Counted from the first letter of the stretch, positions 39,246-50,151 are shown. The stretch is 64,000 nt of DNA from Spirochaetia bacterium (GCA_965198005.1 CBDAOI010000002.1:384001-448000), one strand, 5' to 3'. The notes: generated by a model from the letters alone, not told the origin. A program made the numbers and translations.

Positions 39246-40148
39246 CTACCTGCATTGATTGTTCACTAGGCCTGTACCCTCCGGGCACACGGCACCGGCC
39301 TTCAGCAGCACCTCGACGGTTGGGTAGTCCACATCTTTACCTACAAGATCCTGACGGCTGACGACATACAGCGGGTTTGAGTTATCAGGAGCTGCGGCGT
39401 TCACGTCGGCGCCAGCCTTGATTAGCGCTTCCGCGGTCCACGGGTTGCTCACCCCGAATATGGGAGTAGTCCCAATACTATTTCGAGCGTTCGGGTCTGC
39501 TCCCGCCGCGACGAGAGCACTCACGACCGAGGGATCGGCCGAGTAATCGGCCGCCAAGTGTAACGGCGTCCCGCCCCATTCATCGCGCGCGTTCGGGTCT
39601 GCACCGGATTCGAGCAGTGCCATGACATTGACCGAATTGTTCTCATACAGAGCCAAGTCAAGCGGCGTAAAGCCGTCGGCGCGAGCGTCTGCGTCGGCTC
39701 CGTACCGGACCAGGAGGGCTATGTTATCACCGCTATTTGGGGTGGGAGCTGCAAAGTGCAGAGGAACCAAAGAGTCATTATCCTGCGCATTCGGATCGGC
39801 TCCCGCGTCCAGAAGCGCTTCGAGAACGACAGGTGGAACGTTATCCCTAACGGCCAAGTGCAGCGGCGTACGATTACTTTCAGAGTCGCGTTCGTTAACG
39901 TCAGCACCGTTCGCCAGTAACTCGACCACGTCCTCTACCGTGACGCTCGCCCACACGTCTATCGCGAGGAACGTCGCGGTGGTTACAGCGTCTCCTGATT
40001 GATCCGTCACGGAGGACTCTTTCGACGTCTCAATTCTTCCGGCGCTAACGCAGCCAACCAGGGCCAGCGCCAGCGCGACTCCAATCAGTTGCCGCACATG
40101 CCTCACATATACATATGTATGGTCGGTATGGGTTTTCCAAATGTCCAT
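39246..40148 (-). CDS. Ankyrin-repeat lipoprotein
   Basis: Lipobox LVGC after a hydrophobic stretch; repeated TPLHLA..LL.AGADPNA units; lower GC; exact start uncertain. Confidence 0.9.
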   Translation of the reverse strand: MDIWKTHTDHTYVYVRHVRQLIGVALALALVGCVSAGRIETSKESSVTDQSGDAVTTATFLAIDVWASVTVEDVVELLANGADVNERDSESNRTPLHLAVRDNVPPVVLEALLDAGADPNAQDNDSLVPLHFAAPTPNSGDNIALLVRYGADADARADGFTPLDLALYENNSVNVMALLESGADPNARDEWGGTPLHLAADYSADPSVVSALVAAGADPNARNSIGTTPIFGVSNPWTAEALIKAGADVNAAAPDNSNPLYVVSRQDLVGKDVDYPTVEVLLKAGAVCPEGTGLVNNQCR

Positions 40149-40253
40149 CGGGTGATTCCTCTTCTCTTGTTGTTGAATCTTGTTGAAGAACGGTAATTCC
40201 ACTGCCGAACTCTCGCCTGCCTTCAAACACAAGCGATGGGCAAGAACCTGTTC

Positions 40254-40333
40254 ATGATACGGCTTGGCGGGATGCGTCAACCGCCGATGTTTTATTTTCT
40301 GTGACTTTTGCGATATCGGGTCACATGTGACAC
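40254..40333 (-). promoter_or_regulatory. Third, diverged copy of the cro promoter/operator, upstream of the ankyrin gene
   Basis: 40295-40333 matches 40742-40780 at 32/39 nt; TTGAC at the same offset; contains palindrome GTCACATGTGAC. Confidence 0.6.
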
Positions 40334-40405
40334 CTCCGGTTAGTCGTGGCCCGGTCGTTGTGAGCTGCACGACCGGCGCGAGTTTGCTGTGGTCGACGGA
40401 GTTGC

Positions 40406-40681
40406 TCACTGGCGGCGGCTCCGGGTAAGCCGGCGGCGATCACGCGCGGCGTCCTTGGGCCGCGGGATCTCGGCAGGCCATTCCTGGTCGTCGGGCCAGT
40501 GGTCGGACAGGTACCTGAGCGCCCGAGCCGCGCGGCGGATCGTGATGGTACGGCCTCGCTTCAGACGGGCGATCGTCTCTCCGCTGCCGGTCGCCAAGCG
40601 TGAGACCGTCGACAGCCGGCGCCGGGTACGCTTGGCGAAGATCGTGCAGAGGCGGGACAGCCACTCTTCCGTGTCATCCAT
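40406..40681 (-). CDS. Phage Cro-like HTH protein
   Basis: Small basic HTH (LSTVSRLATGSGETIARL) with WPDDQEWPAEIPRP tail; divergent from an S24 repressor. Confidence 0.7.
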   Translation of the reverse strand: MDDTEEWLSRLCTIFAKRTRRRLSTVSRLATGSGETIARLKRGRTITIRRAARALRYLSDHWPDDQEWPAEIPRPKDAARDRRRLTRSRRQ

Positions 40682-40697
40682 AGCGTGCATCGTGCCA

Positions 40698-40780
40698 GAC
40701 ATAGCACGGCCTGTCCACCCCTGTCAAACGGGTCCGGTGGCTTTTCTGAGATATTTGCGGTATCGTGTTACACGTGACAC
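40698..40780 (-). promoter_or_regulatory. Divergent promoter/operator region between cro and cI
   Basis: Minus-strand TTGACA (40722-40727) .. TGcTATGTC; GTTACACGTGACAC motif. Confidence 0.6.
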
Positions 40781-41601
40781 GTCAGGGGCTGGAACATCTC
40801 CGCTCGGTGGTACGCGCTCAAGTCGAACGAGAGGGCCTGCGGCCGCTCTCTGCCCGCACCGGGATACCCGTCGGACAGCTTCGCAGCATCCTGCACGGGC
40901 GGGCGGCGTTGAGCACCACCCTGGAACTCGCTACCTCGGCCCTCGGTCTGGAGTTCTACGTCGGACCGCCGCGCGTAGCGGATACGACGCGGATCGCGAG
41001 CGGCTCCACCCCCTACACGGCTGGCACGGTCGACCGAGCCCCTGCTCCGCCCGCCGCTGAGCAGTCCCCCACGTGGGCGATGAAGCTGCGGCAGGAGTTG
41101 CGCGCCGGGCTGCGCGAAGATCTGGCTCTGCTGCTACGCGAGCTTACCGAGTCCAGGCGCAACGCCGCCCTGCCCGAGGCCGGAGACCGGCGCGATCCAG
41201 GCTACGTGGCGATGCGCACCCCTGACCCGGCGGCCGGGGGCGTCCCCGAGCTGGAGCACGCGCCCATCATCGGCTACCTCGCGTTTCAACGCAGTTGGCT
41301 CGAGCGCCACGCGATCGATCCCGACCGCTGCACGATCATGGAGGTGCGGGGAGACGCGATGCAGCCAACGCTGCCGGGCGGCTGCTCGATCCTGGTCGAT
41401 CACCAACGCCGCCGGCGCCGTCTCGGGCACATCTTCGTGCTGCGCATCGGCGACGAGTGGATCGTGCGGCGCGCGGGCAAGGATCAGACCGGGCGCTGGG
41501 TCCTGGTGAGCGACAATCAGCGTCGCCCACCGGAGCCGTGGCCCCATCGCGGGACCGCAGTTGCCGGTGAGGTGCGCTGGATGGCGACGACCTTCTCCTG
41601 A
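40765..41601 (+). CDS. cI/LexA-like repressor (HTH + S24 domain, catalytic Ser/Lys substituted)
   Basis: N-terminal HTH; C-terminal VRGDAMQP..ILVD..IVRR..LVSDN. Confidence 0.85.
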   Translation: MLHVTRQGLEHLRSVVRAQVEREGLRPLSARTGIPVGQLRSILHGRAALSTTLELATSALGLEFYVGPPRVADTTRIASGSTPYTAGTVDRAPAPPAAEQSPTWAMKLRQELRAGLREDLALLLRELTESRRNAALPEAGDRRDPGYVAMRTPDPAAGGVPELEHAPIIGYLAFQRSWLERHAIDPDRCTIMEVRGDAMQPTLPGGCSILVDHQRRRRRLGHIFVLRIGDEWIVRRAGKDQTGRWVLVSDNQRRPPEPWPHRGTAVAGEVRWMATTFS

Positions 41602-41712
41602 GCAACGAGGCGCGGCCGCGTGACCGGCGCCGGCCGGGCGTTTCCCGCCGGGCGGTAAGCTGTTGCGTACTACATTGCCTGCCATACTGTAGCTGGCTAG
41701 AAGATATAGCGC

Positions 41713-43173
41713 ATGGCGGACGAGAACACCCTGGAGACGCAGATTGCCCGGTGGCGGGCGCACCTGCTGCACGGCCGGGCAGTCGATCCCACCGACGTGG
41801 AGGAGATGGAAGTCCATCTGCGCGAGCAGGTGGCCGCGCTGCTGGCTACCGGTCTGGCGGCCGACGAGGCCTTGCTGGTCGCGGTCAGGCGGATGGGAAA
41901 CATCGACGCGGCGTGCCGCGAGTTCGCGCGCGTCCACTCCGAGCGGTGGTGGAAGCAACTCGTGGCCGAACCCGCCGGCGGCGGCCCGGCTGGCGGCGGG
42001 CGCACCGAGACCGCCGTGGTAGTGGGCATCGCGCTCGCCGCGGCGGCGGCGATCAAGGTTCCCGAGTTGTTCGGCCACCACTTCGGCAGCGCCGCCAGTG
42101 AGGGGTTCTACGCACGCAACGCCTCCCTGTTCGTGCTGCCGCTGCTGACCGGCTACTTGCTCCGGAAGCGCGGCTGGGACGCGCGCCGCGCGCGGTGGCT
42201 GGCCGCGCCGTTCGCTGCGGCTGCCGTGCTGGCCAACGCCTTCCCGTTTGCGCCGCACGGCGCCACCGGGCTTCTCACCGCGATCCATCTGCCGATCGCG
42301 CTGTGGCTGGCGGTGGGCGTCGCCTACGCCGGCGGGCGCTGGAGCTCGGTTGCCGGGCGCATGGACTTCGTGCGCTTCTCCGGGGAGCTGTTCATTTACT
42401 ACGTGCTGTTCGCGCTCGGCGGCGGCGTGCTCGCGTTCTTCACCGGGACCATGTTCGGCGCCATCGGCCTGGACGTCGGGCGGCTGCTGGAGACCTGGCT
42501 GCTGCCGTGCGGCGCGCTCGGAGCGGTGATCGTGGGCGGCTGGCTGGTAGAGCGGAAGCAGAGCGTGATCGAGAACCTGGCGCCGCTGCTTACGCGCGTG
42601 TTCACGCCGCTGTTCGCGGCGGTGTTGCTGGCGTTGCTGGTGACCATGGTGTGGACCGGCAACGGTATCGCCGTCGACCGGGAGGTGCTGATCGGCTTCG
42701 ACCTGCTGCTGGTGCTGGTCGTGGGCCTGCTGCTGTACGGAGTGTCGGCGCGCGACCCGCAAGCGCCGCGCGACGCGTTCGACGCCCTGCAGCAGCTCCT
42801 GGTGGTGGCCGCACTGGTGGTGGACGTGGTGGCGCTGGCGGCGATCGCGACGCGCATCTCGGAGTTCGGCTTGAGCGCCAACAAGGTGGCGGCACTGGCC
42901 GAGAACCTCATCCTGCTGGTCAACTTGGCCGGGTCGGCCTGGCTGTACGCCCGGTTTCTACGCGGCGCCGGCGCGTTCGCCGCCCTGGAGCGGTGGCAGA
43001 CCGCCTACCTGCCGGTCTACGCCGTGTGGGCGGCGATCGTGGTGGTCGTGTTTCCCCGCCGCTGTTCGCCATACCTCTACCCGTTGCCCGGTCCGCGTAG
43101 ACTGTGCCAAAGGGAACGTCGCCCAAGAACAGGCGTTCTCGTGGGCGATAGGGGGAGGCGCTATCGCTCATGA
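41713..43173 (+). CDS. Multi-pass membrane protein with permease-prefix N-terminal domain
   Basis: VEEMEVHL..EALLVAVRRMG prefix, many TM helices; last ~35 aa look like read-through into foreign DNA. Confidence 0.75.
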   Translation: MADENTLETQIARWRAHLLHGRAVDPTDVEEMEVHLREQVAALLATGLAADEALLVAVRRMGNIDAACREFARVHSERWWKQLVAEPAGGGPAGGGRTETAVVVGIALAAAAAIKVPELFGHHFGSAASEGFYARNASLFVLPLLTGYLLRKRGWDARRARWLAAPFAAAAVLANAFPFAPHGATGLLTAIHLPIALWLAVGVAYAGGRWSSVAGRMDFVRFSGELFIYYVLFALGGGVLAFFTGTMFGAIGLDVGRLLETWLLPCGALGAVIVGGWLVERKQSVIENLAPLLTRVFTPLFAAVLLALLVTMVWTGNGIAVDREVLIGFDLLLVLVVGLLLYGVSARDPQAPRDAFDALQQLLVVAALVVDVVALAAIATRISEFGLSANKVAALAENLILLVNLAGSAWLYARFLRGAGAFAALERWQTAYLPVYAVWAAIVVVVFPRRCSPYLYPLPGPRRLCQRERRPRTGVLVGDRGRRYRS

Positions 43174-44176
43174 AGTGGATTTGGCAACAAGCCGGGTGGC
43201 CCGGCTTCGCGTGGGACCGGTCCCGAATGGCGTCACTGGAGGCCCGGTTCCTGCACGAGTCCGGCCGGCGGGTTGGCGCTTGGCGCCATCTCTCGGACTG
43301 AGCGGCGACTCGCGCAGAGTCACGCCCGCCGAGGCCGGTGTGGCCGAGATGATGGTAGCGCTCTACCGCACGTTTCGCGCGCCGTTGGATCACGCAACGT
43401 TGTGGACGTGGCACCGAATGCTGATGCAAGAGCGCCGAGCATTGGCGGTGATCGGCGGATATCGGCGCCATCCCGAGCCAATGCAAGTGGTCTCCGGCCC
43501 CGATTACCGCCGGAGAATCCACTATGAGGCGCCGCCGTCCGCCGCGGTGCCGACCGAGATGGACCGGTTCATCGCCTGGTACGGGCGGCAGGACGCTACG
43601 CCGGCGTTGACCCGGGCCGGGATCGCGCACTGGTACTTCGTCCGTATCCACCCCTTCGAAGATGGGAACGGCCGGATCGGCCGGGCGCTGGCCGAAAAAG
43701 CGCTCGCCCAAGCGCTGGGTGAGCCGAGTCTGATCGCGCTCTCGCGGGCGATCGCCCGCCGCCGCAACGCTTATTACAACGCGCTTGCGGCCGCCAACCG
43801 CTCGCTGGACATCACCGGATGGCTGGAGTGGTTCGGCGGCATCGTGTTGGACGCCCAGGCCTGGAGCGAGCGGCGCCTGATCCGGCTGATCGAGCAGACC
43901 CGGATGTTCGACCGACTCCGAGGACGGCTGAATCCACGCCAGACGAAAACGCTGCTGCGACTGTTCCGGGAGGAGCCGGACGGATTCAAGGGCGGCCTCA
44001 GCGCTGCAAATTACCGCCGCATCACCGGCGCGCCAGCCTCTACGGCCACCCGTGACCTCGCCGATCTGGTCGCCAAGCGCGCCCTGCGCCGCACCGGCGA
44101 ACGCCGCCACACGCGCTACTGGCTTGATCTGCCCCCGTTCGAGCGATTGGACGCGCAGCGTAGATCGAGCGCATGA
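43170..44176 (+). pseudogene. Fic family protein, internally deleted
   Basis: MKWIWQQAGWPGF start stops at about 43300; downstream frame has HPFEDGNGRIGR and a C-terminal wHTH (ATRDLADLV). Confidence 0.8.
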
Positions 44177-44282
44177 CCTTCTTGCCGAGGCGCCCGCCCG
44201 CTCGCACGTAGAGAGCAGTACCGTACGCGGTCTTCGGACATGCGTGCCGCGCCATGAGTATCGCTGCCGGGAAGTGGGCCGG

Positions 44283-44724
44283 TCAGCGGTAGGTTATGAT
44301 CTCCAGACTGGTCACCCGGCCAAACTGGGCCGTATTCGCGGTAACCAGGGGCAACCCGTAGCGCACGCTGGTCGCCGCGATCCAGAGGTCGTTGGCCCCG
44401 ATCAGCCGACCGGCCTGCCGCAACGCGCGCGCAATCCGCCCGTAGGCGAGGGCGGTTCGGTCGTCGATCGGCAACAGCAGATGTTGTTCGCGAACGGTTT
44501 GCAGCAGCGGGTCTTCCGTCGGAGAACCCCTCCGCGAACTCGCCCAGCGCCGTAGGTGACAGGTAGAGCTCCAATCGGGTGCAGCCGCCAGGAAACGATG
44601 CGCCGGGCCGGCGATCTCGCAGTGACTGCGCTCCCGTTTCAAAGCACGGTGCTCCCGCCAAGGCACTACGCTCTCGCTGCAAGTCGATGAGAAACGTGGT
44701 GTCGAAAGCTACTTTCGTTGCCAC
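44283..44724 (-). pseudogene. vapC: VapC/PIN toxin, frameshifted
   Basis: FDTTFLID start, IGANDLWIAA..VTAN tail; 12-bp imperfect direct repeat 40 bp apart (44625/44665) breaks the frame. Confidence 0.75.
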
Positions 44725-44954
44725 CGATCCTCCGGTGCCGCGTCTGCGACCTGTGCAGCATCCAAGCCATCAAGCTCGGCTTCGGTCATGACCGGCATGC
44801 CGTCGAGCACAGCCAGCATGGACGCTACGGTTCCCGGGGCGGGCGGCCAGATCGCACGTTTGATCACCTTCGAGAAGGAGTCATCAGGCGACCGGCGCGC
44901 GCTCCGCAGCCTTTCGTAGGCCTCCAGATCGATGGAAATGGTCTTGGTTGCCAT
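44709..44954 (-). CDS. VapB-type antitoxin
   Basis: MATKTISIDLEAYERL..DSFSKVIKR. Confidence 0.85.
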   Translation of the reverse strand: MATKTISIDLEAYERLRSARRSPDDSFSKVIKRAIWPPAPGTVASMLAVLDGMPVMTEAELDGLDAAQVADAAPEDRWQRK

Positions 44955-44977
44955 ACGTGTATGTGTACACGTATGGC
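44950..44977. promoter_or_regulatory. Palindromic operator at the antitoxin start
   Basis: GCCATACGTGTA-tgtg-TACACGTATGGC perfect 12-bp inverted repeat. Confidence 0.65.
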
Positions 44978-45086
44978 TATGCTTCCGTCAACGAAGTCGG
45001 CGTCGGTGGGGGGCGTCGGTGCCGCTACCAAAAGGTTTCAGTTTCAGAGCAGCGTGTCCTTGGCCAAGCGGTATAGGCGGCCTTAC

Positions 45087-46588
45087 CTATTTGCCGATGC
45101 AGAAGTCGGCGAAGATCCGGTTGAGCACGTCATCGCCGGCGACGATGCCGATGATCTCCTCCAGGTGGGCGACGGCGGCACGCAGGTCGGCGGCCACCAG
45201 CTCGCCTCCGGCGCCGGCCGCCGCCGCGTCGTGGGCGCGGGCCAGCGCGGCGTCGGCGCGCTGCAGGTTGTCACGGTGGCGGGCGCTGGCCACCAGGGAG
45301 CTGCGTTCGGTGTAGTCTGGGCCTTCCTGCCCCACGGTGCGGGCCACCAGCAGGCGGCTCAGAGCATCGATCCCCGTCCCGGTCTTGGCCGATACCGTGA
45401 GGGCCGGCGGCGGCGCCGCAGTACCGTTCGCTGCCGGTGCCAGATCGCACTTGTTGGCGATCACCACCACCTCCGGTGCGCCGGAGGTCGGCGCCCTGGT
45501 CGTGGACCCGGCGTCGGCAACGGCCGCGCGCACCTGCTCCAGGGCGGTGTGGGGAAACGGCTCGTCGGCGGCGGTCACGAACAGCACCAGGTCGGCGTCG
45601 GCGACGGTGGCGATGCTGCGCTCCACGCCCAGCCGCTCCACGGTCTCGTCGGTGACCCGCAGCCCGGCGGTGTCGTGCAGCCGCACCGGCACGCCGTGGA
45701 GGTCGAGGTCTTCGCGGATCACGTCGCGGGTGGTGCCCGGTACGTCGGTGACCAGCGCCAGCGATTCCTGCGCCAGCCGGTTCAGCAGCGACGACTTGCC
45801 CACGTTGGGCGGCCCGGCCAGCACCACGTGCACGCCGTCGCGGAGCATGCGCCCGGTGCGGAAGGTCGCGAGCATCGCGGCGATCGCGGCGCGCACCTCT
45901 CCCACGCGCGCGGCGATCTCTCCCGCCGGCGCCAGCTCCACGTCATCTTCGGCGAAGTCCAGCTCCAGCTCGACGCGCGCCGCGCAATCCAGCAACTGCT
46001 GCCGCAAGCCCGCCACCTGCGCGCCGAGCGCGCCGCCCAGCCGGTTGCGGGCGCCGCGCAGGGCGGCCGCGGTGGCGGACCGTATCACCTCCGCCACCGC
46101 CTCGGCCTGGGTCAGGTCCAGCTTGCCGTTGAGGAAGGCGCGGCGGGTGAACTCGCCCGGCTCGGCGGCGCGCGCGCCGTGGCGCAGAAGGGCGGCGACC
46201 ACGGTCGCGGCCACCAGGTTGGAGCCGTGGCAGGTGATCTCGACGGTGTCCTCGCCGGTGTAACTGGCCGGCGCCCGGAACACGGTGGCGATCACGTCGT
46301 CCACCACCTCCAGGCCGTCGGCTGCGCTTGGCTCAGGCGCCGTTGCGACGGCCGCCGCCGCCGCGACCAGACCGGTGGCGGCGCTCACCCCCCGGGCGGC
46401 GGGCTGCACGATGCGGCCGTAGTGCGCGGTGTGGGTCGCGGCGGCGCGCAACGGCCGGCGGCCGCGGAAGGCGCCGTCGGCCACGGCCAGCGCGGCAGGT
46501 CCGCTGAGCCGCACGATCGCCAGCGCGCCGGTGCCGGGCGGGGTAGCGATGGCGACGATGGTGTCGCCGCTGGGGTCGGCGGACGCGG

Positions 46589-46592
<4 letters not shown>
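45087..46592 (-). CDS. mnmE: tRNA modification GTPase
   Basis: DTIVAIAT, SYTGED, GPPNVGKSS, GTTRD, DTAG, NKCD, FCIGK. Confidence 0.97.
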
Positions 46593-47728
<1,136 letters not shown>

Positions 47729-47731
47729 CGG

Positions 47732-47932
47732 TTACGAGGGGGCGTACTCGGGCCGCATCGGTGCGAACACCTCGACGAACTCGCTGTCCTCGAGGGCCTC
47801 CGCGGCGCGGTACTCGTTGGGGCCGAAGAAGTAGCTGGGGCTCGCCTCGGCGCCGTAGCTCAGCGTAGTGCGGAACACGCCATCCGGGCCCTCTTCCGGC
47901 TTGGCGCTGTTCAGGTCGGTAAGGTTCGTCAT
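47732..47932 (-). pseudogene. Cupin-domain gene with central deletion
   Basis: GVFRTTLSYG start and AEALEDSEFVEVFAPMRPEY end; HxH core missing. Confidence 0.55.
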
Positions 47933-47995
47933 CGCAGACCTCCGCGGCTGATTGTACTAGAGTTGCGCCCGCTACGGCGACCGGGCCGCCCGTGC

Positions 47996-48032
47996 TCGGT
48001 CGGTCGGGTCGGGTCGGGTCGGTCGGTCGGTC
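47996..48032. repeat. GGTC/GGGTC simple repeat
   Basis: tcggtcggtcgggtcgggtcgggtcggtcggtcggtc. Confidence 0.85.
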
Positions 48033-48041
48033 GACCGCCCG

Positions 48042-48071
48042 TTGACAACACGCCCCCCCCGGCAGTAGCTT
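48042..48071 (+). promoter_or_regulatory. Sigma70-like promoter with a C8 tract in the spacer
   Basis: TTGACA-18nt-TAGCTT. Confidence 0.55.
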
Positions 48072-48089
48072 GGGGCGAGGAGATCCGCC

Positions 48090-48434
48090 GTGCAGGACAC
48101 GATCACCCGCCAGCCGCTGATCAACGTCAGCGAGCGCGCCATTGCCGAGGTCGCCCGGCTCACCGGCGACAGCGACCAGTTCCTCCGCATCTGGGTCACC
48201 GAGGGCGGTTGCGCCGGAATGACCTACGAGGCCTCGGTCGACGCCACCGAGACCCCGTTCGACCGTCGGCTGTTCACCTCCGGCACCGTCCGGATCGTCG
48301 CCGACCGCAACAGCGCCGATCACGTCGACGGGCTGGAGATCGACTACTCCGACGACCTGATCAACCTCGGCTTCCGCTTTCGCAACCCCAACGCCAGCAA
48401 GGCGTGCGGCTGCGGCGCCAGCTTCGCGGTCTGA
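48090..48434 (+). CDS. A-type Fe-S carrier (IscA/ErpA/HesB family)
   Basis: GGCAG..Y, IDY, FRNPNA..CGCGASF; GAGGAG RBS. Confidence 0.92.
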   Translation: MQDTITRQPLINVSERAIAEVARLTGDSDQFLRIWVTEGGCAGMTYEASVDATETPFDRRLFTSGTVRIVADRNSADHVDGLEIDYSDDLINLGFRFRNPNASKACGCGASFAV

Positions 48435-48438
48435 CTCG

Positions 48439-48663
48439 GTGGCCGTTCAGTCGGTCGACATCACCGGCGGCGAGTCGGTCTACTGCATCAACCAGACCCA
48501 GCTCGCCGCCGCCTTCCGCCTCGCCCGGGAGGACCCCAAAGCCGCGCCCCGGATCGACGCGGCACTCAGCACCATCCAGCGCGACCTGACCCGCAACGAG
48601 CAGGCGGCCTTGGCCTTCGTCCTGATCGACAAGCTCCTCAAGAGCTCCGCGACCCCCGCCTGA
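48439..48663 (+). CDS. Small hypothetical protein
   Basis: Directly follows the Fe-S carrier gene with host-like codon usage. Confidence 0.6.
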   Translation: MAVQSVDITGGESVYCINQTQLAAAFRLAREDPKAAPRIDAALSTIQRDLTRNEQAALAFVLIDKLLKSSATPA

Positions 48664-48701
48664 CGGCTCGGCCGTGCAGTCCCCATCGCATTGCGCTCGT
48701 G

Positions 48702-50081
48702 TCATGACCCAGTTGACGATTCGGTTTCGCGACGCGGAGTCCGGTGCGCATCGATGCCGGCATAGGGTGCCAGCAACCATTCAGCGGCCGACTGTACCTC
48801 CACGGCCGCGGGCGGCTGCGACGGGAGGGTGTCACCGGTCAGCGTAATCACTCGCTTGCCGGCGCGTGGGAACAGGTTTCCGGCCGCCACCAGGGCGCGC
48901 AGTTCGCGGGTGGCGGTCGCTGTGTCGGAGGCGTCCGCACACACCTGGATCAGCTCCATGCCACCGGTGGCGTCGCGAGCCAGGAAGTCGACCTCATAGC
49001 CCTCCGGGGTGCGCACGTAGGTTACCTCCAACCGGCGGCGCTCCAGCTCGATCAGGACCGCGGTCTCCAGGGCGTGGCCGACGTTCGCCCGCCCGCTACG
49101 GTCGAATACCGGGATCAGGCCGGCATCGACCGGGTATGCCTTGCGCCTATTCACCATGCGCTGGCGCTCCGAGGCCGTCTCCATCCACACCAGGCGCACC
49201 AGATAGCAGTCCTCCAGGTGGGCGAGCAACTGGTGCAGCGTATCCCTGGCAACCGCCAGGCCCTGCGAGCGCAGCGCGGCATGAAACTTCTCCACGCTGA
49301 AAGTCGACCCGGCATTCCCCAGGAGGTGGCGCACCAGCCAGCGCAGCGCGGTCACGTTGCGCACCTGATGCCGCTCCACCACGTCGCGCAGCACGGCCAC
49401 GTCCACGTAGTCACGGTAGAGCTGATGCCGGGATTCGGGGTCCAGTCCCTGGGCTTCCGGAAAACCGCCGGCAGCGAGCCAGTCGAGCAGCGTCCGCTCC
49501 AGATGGGAACGGTCGCGGCGCGTCACGCGGTTTGCAGTCGGCGGGATCGACTGTCCCCGGTGGCGCAGCGCTTCCGCGAACGCGAACGGATGGATCAACA
49601 CCTGCCACGCCCGTCCGCGCAGCGCGGTGGCGATCTCACTCGACAGCAGCGCCGCTGACGATCCGGTTATGAGCACTTCGCAGCCGCCGCCGTCGAGGAG
49701 CCGGCGCACGAACCGCTCCCACCCCGGCACCTGTTGGATCTCGTCGAAGCACCAGGTCACCGTCGCATCGTGAGCCTGCGGAACACGCCGGTAGTACTCG
49801 TCTACGAGCACGCCGAGCTCGCCGGCTTCCAATCCCGCCAGGCGCTCGTCCTCGAAGGAAATGAACGGTAGCCGATCCAGGGCAATGCCCCGCTCGATGC
49901 GCTCGCGCCGAAGCTGATGCACAAACGTGGTCTTGCCGGCGCGCCGCATCCCGGTCACCGCCGTGGCCTTGCCGGGCAGGCCGGTACGCCCGAACACGCG
50001 ACGCGGGGTAAAGGAAGGCAGCGGCCGCCCAAGCGAGTCCGCAAGCTGCTCCACCAGAGCCTGACGCAACGAAATCGCCAT
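48702..50081 (-). CDS. AAA_14/DUF4143 ATP-binding protein
   Basis: GMRRAGKT, FDEIQ, TGSS, GGFPE, EVDF..IQV. Confidence 0.9.
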   Translation of the reverse strand: MAISLRQALVEQLADSLGRPLPSFTPRRVFGRTGLPGKATAVTGMRRAGKTTFVHQLRRERIERGIALDRLPFISFEDERLAGLEAGELGVLVDEYYRRVPQAHDATVTWCFDEIQQVPGWERFVRRLLDGGGCEVLITGSSAALLSSEIATALRGRAWQVLIHPFAFAEALRHRGQSIPPTANRVTRRDRSHLERTLLDWLAAGGFPEAQGLDPESRHQLYRDYVDVAVLRDVVERHQVRNVTALRWLVRHLLGNAGSTFSVEKFHAALRSQGLAVARDTLHQLLAHLEDCYLVRLVWMETASERQRMVNRRKAYPVDAGLIPVFDRSGRANVGHALETAVLIELERRRLEVTYVRTPEGYEVDFLARDATGGMELIQVCADASDTATATRELRALVAAGNLFPRAGKRVITLTGDTLPSQPPAAVEVQSAAEWLLAPYAGIDAHRTPRRETESSTGS

Positions 50082-50151
50082 CTCATTTCTCCTTATTGGA
50101 AGGAGAACATATCAGATAGTGCGCCGTATTAAAAGGCGAACTTCGCCGTCC

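Noticed and set aside
38748-40409. Long MSNS.. N-terminal extensions of mnmG and ankyrin as true starts
   Set aside because: They derive from the duplicated cro-end GTG; conserved domains and the signal peptide begin well downstream
38892-44954. Intact prophage
   Set aside because: No integrase, replication, structural or lysis genes seen
44977-45111. att-like duplicate of the mnmE 3' end (GAAGTCGGCG near 44993 and 45102)
   Set aside because: Only 10 bp exact and about 110 bp apart; it does not flank the island
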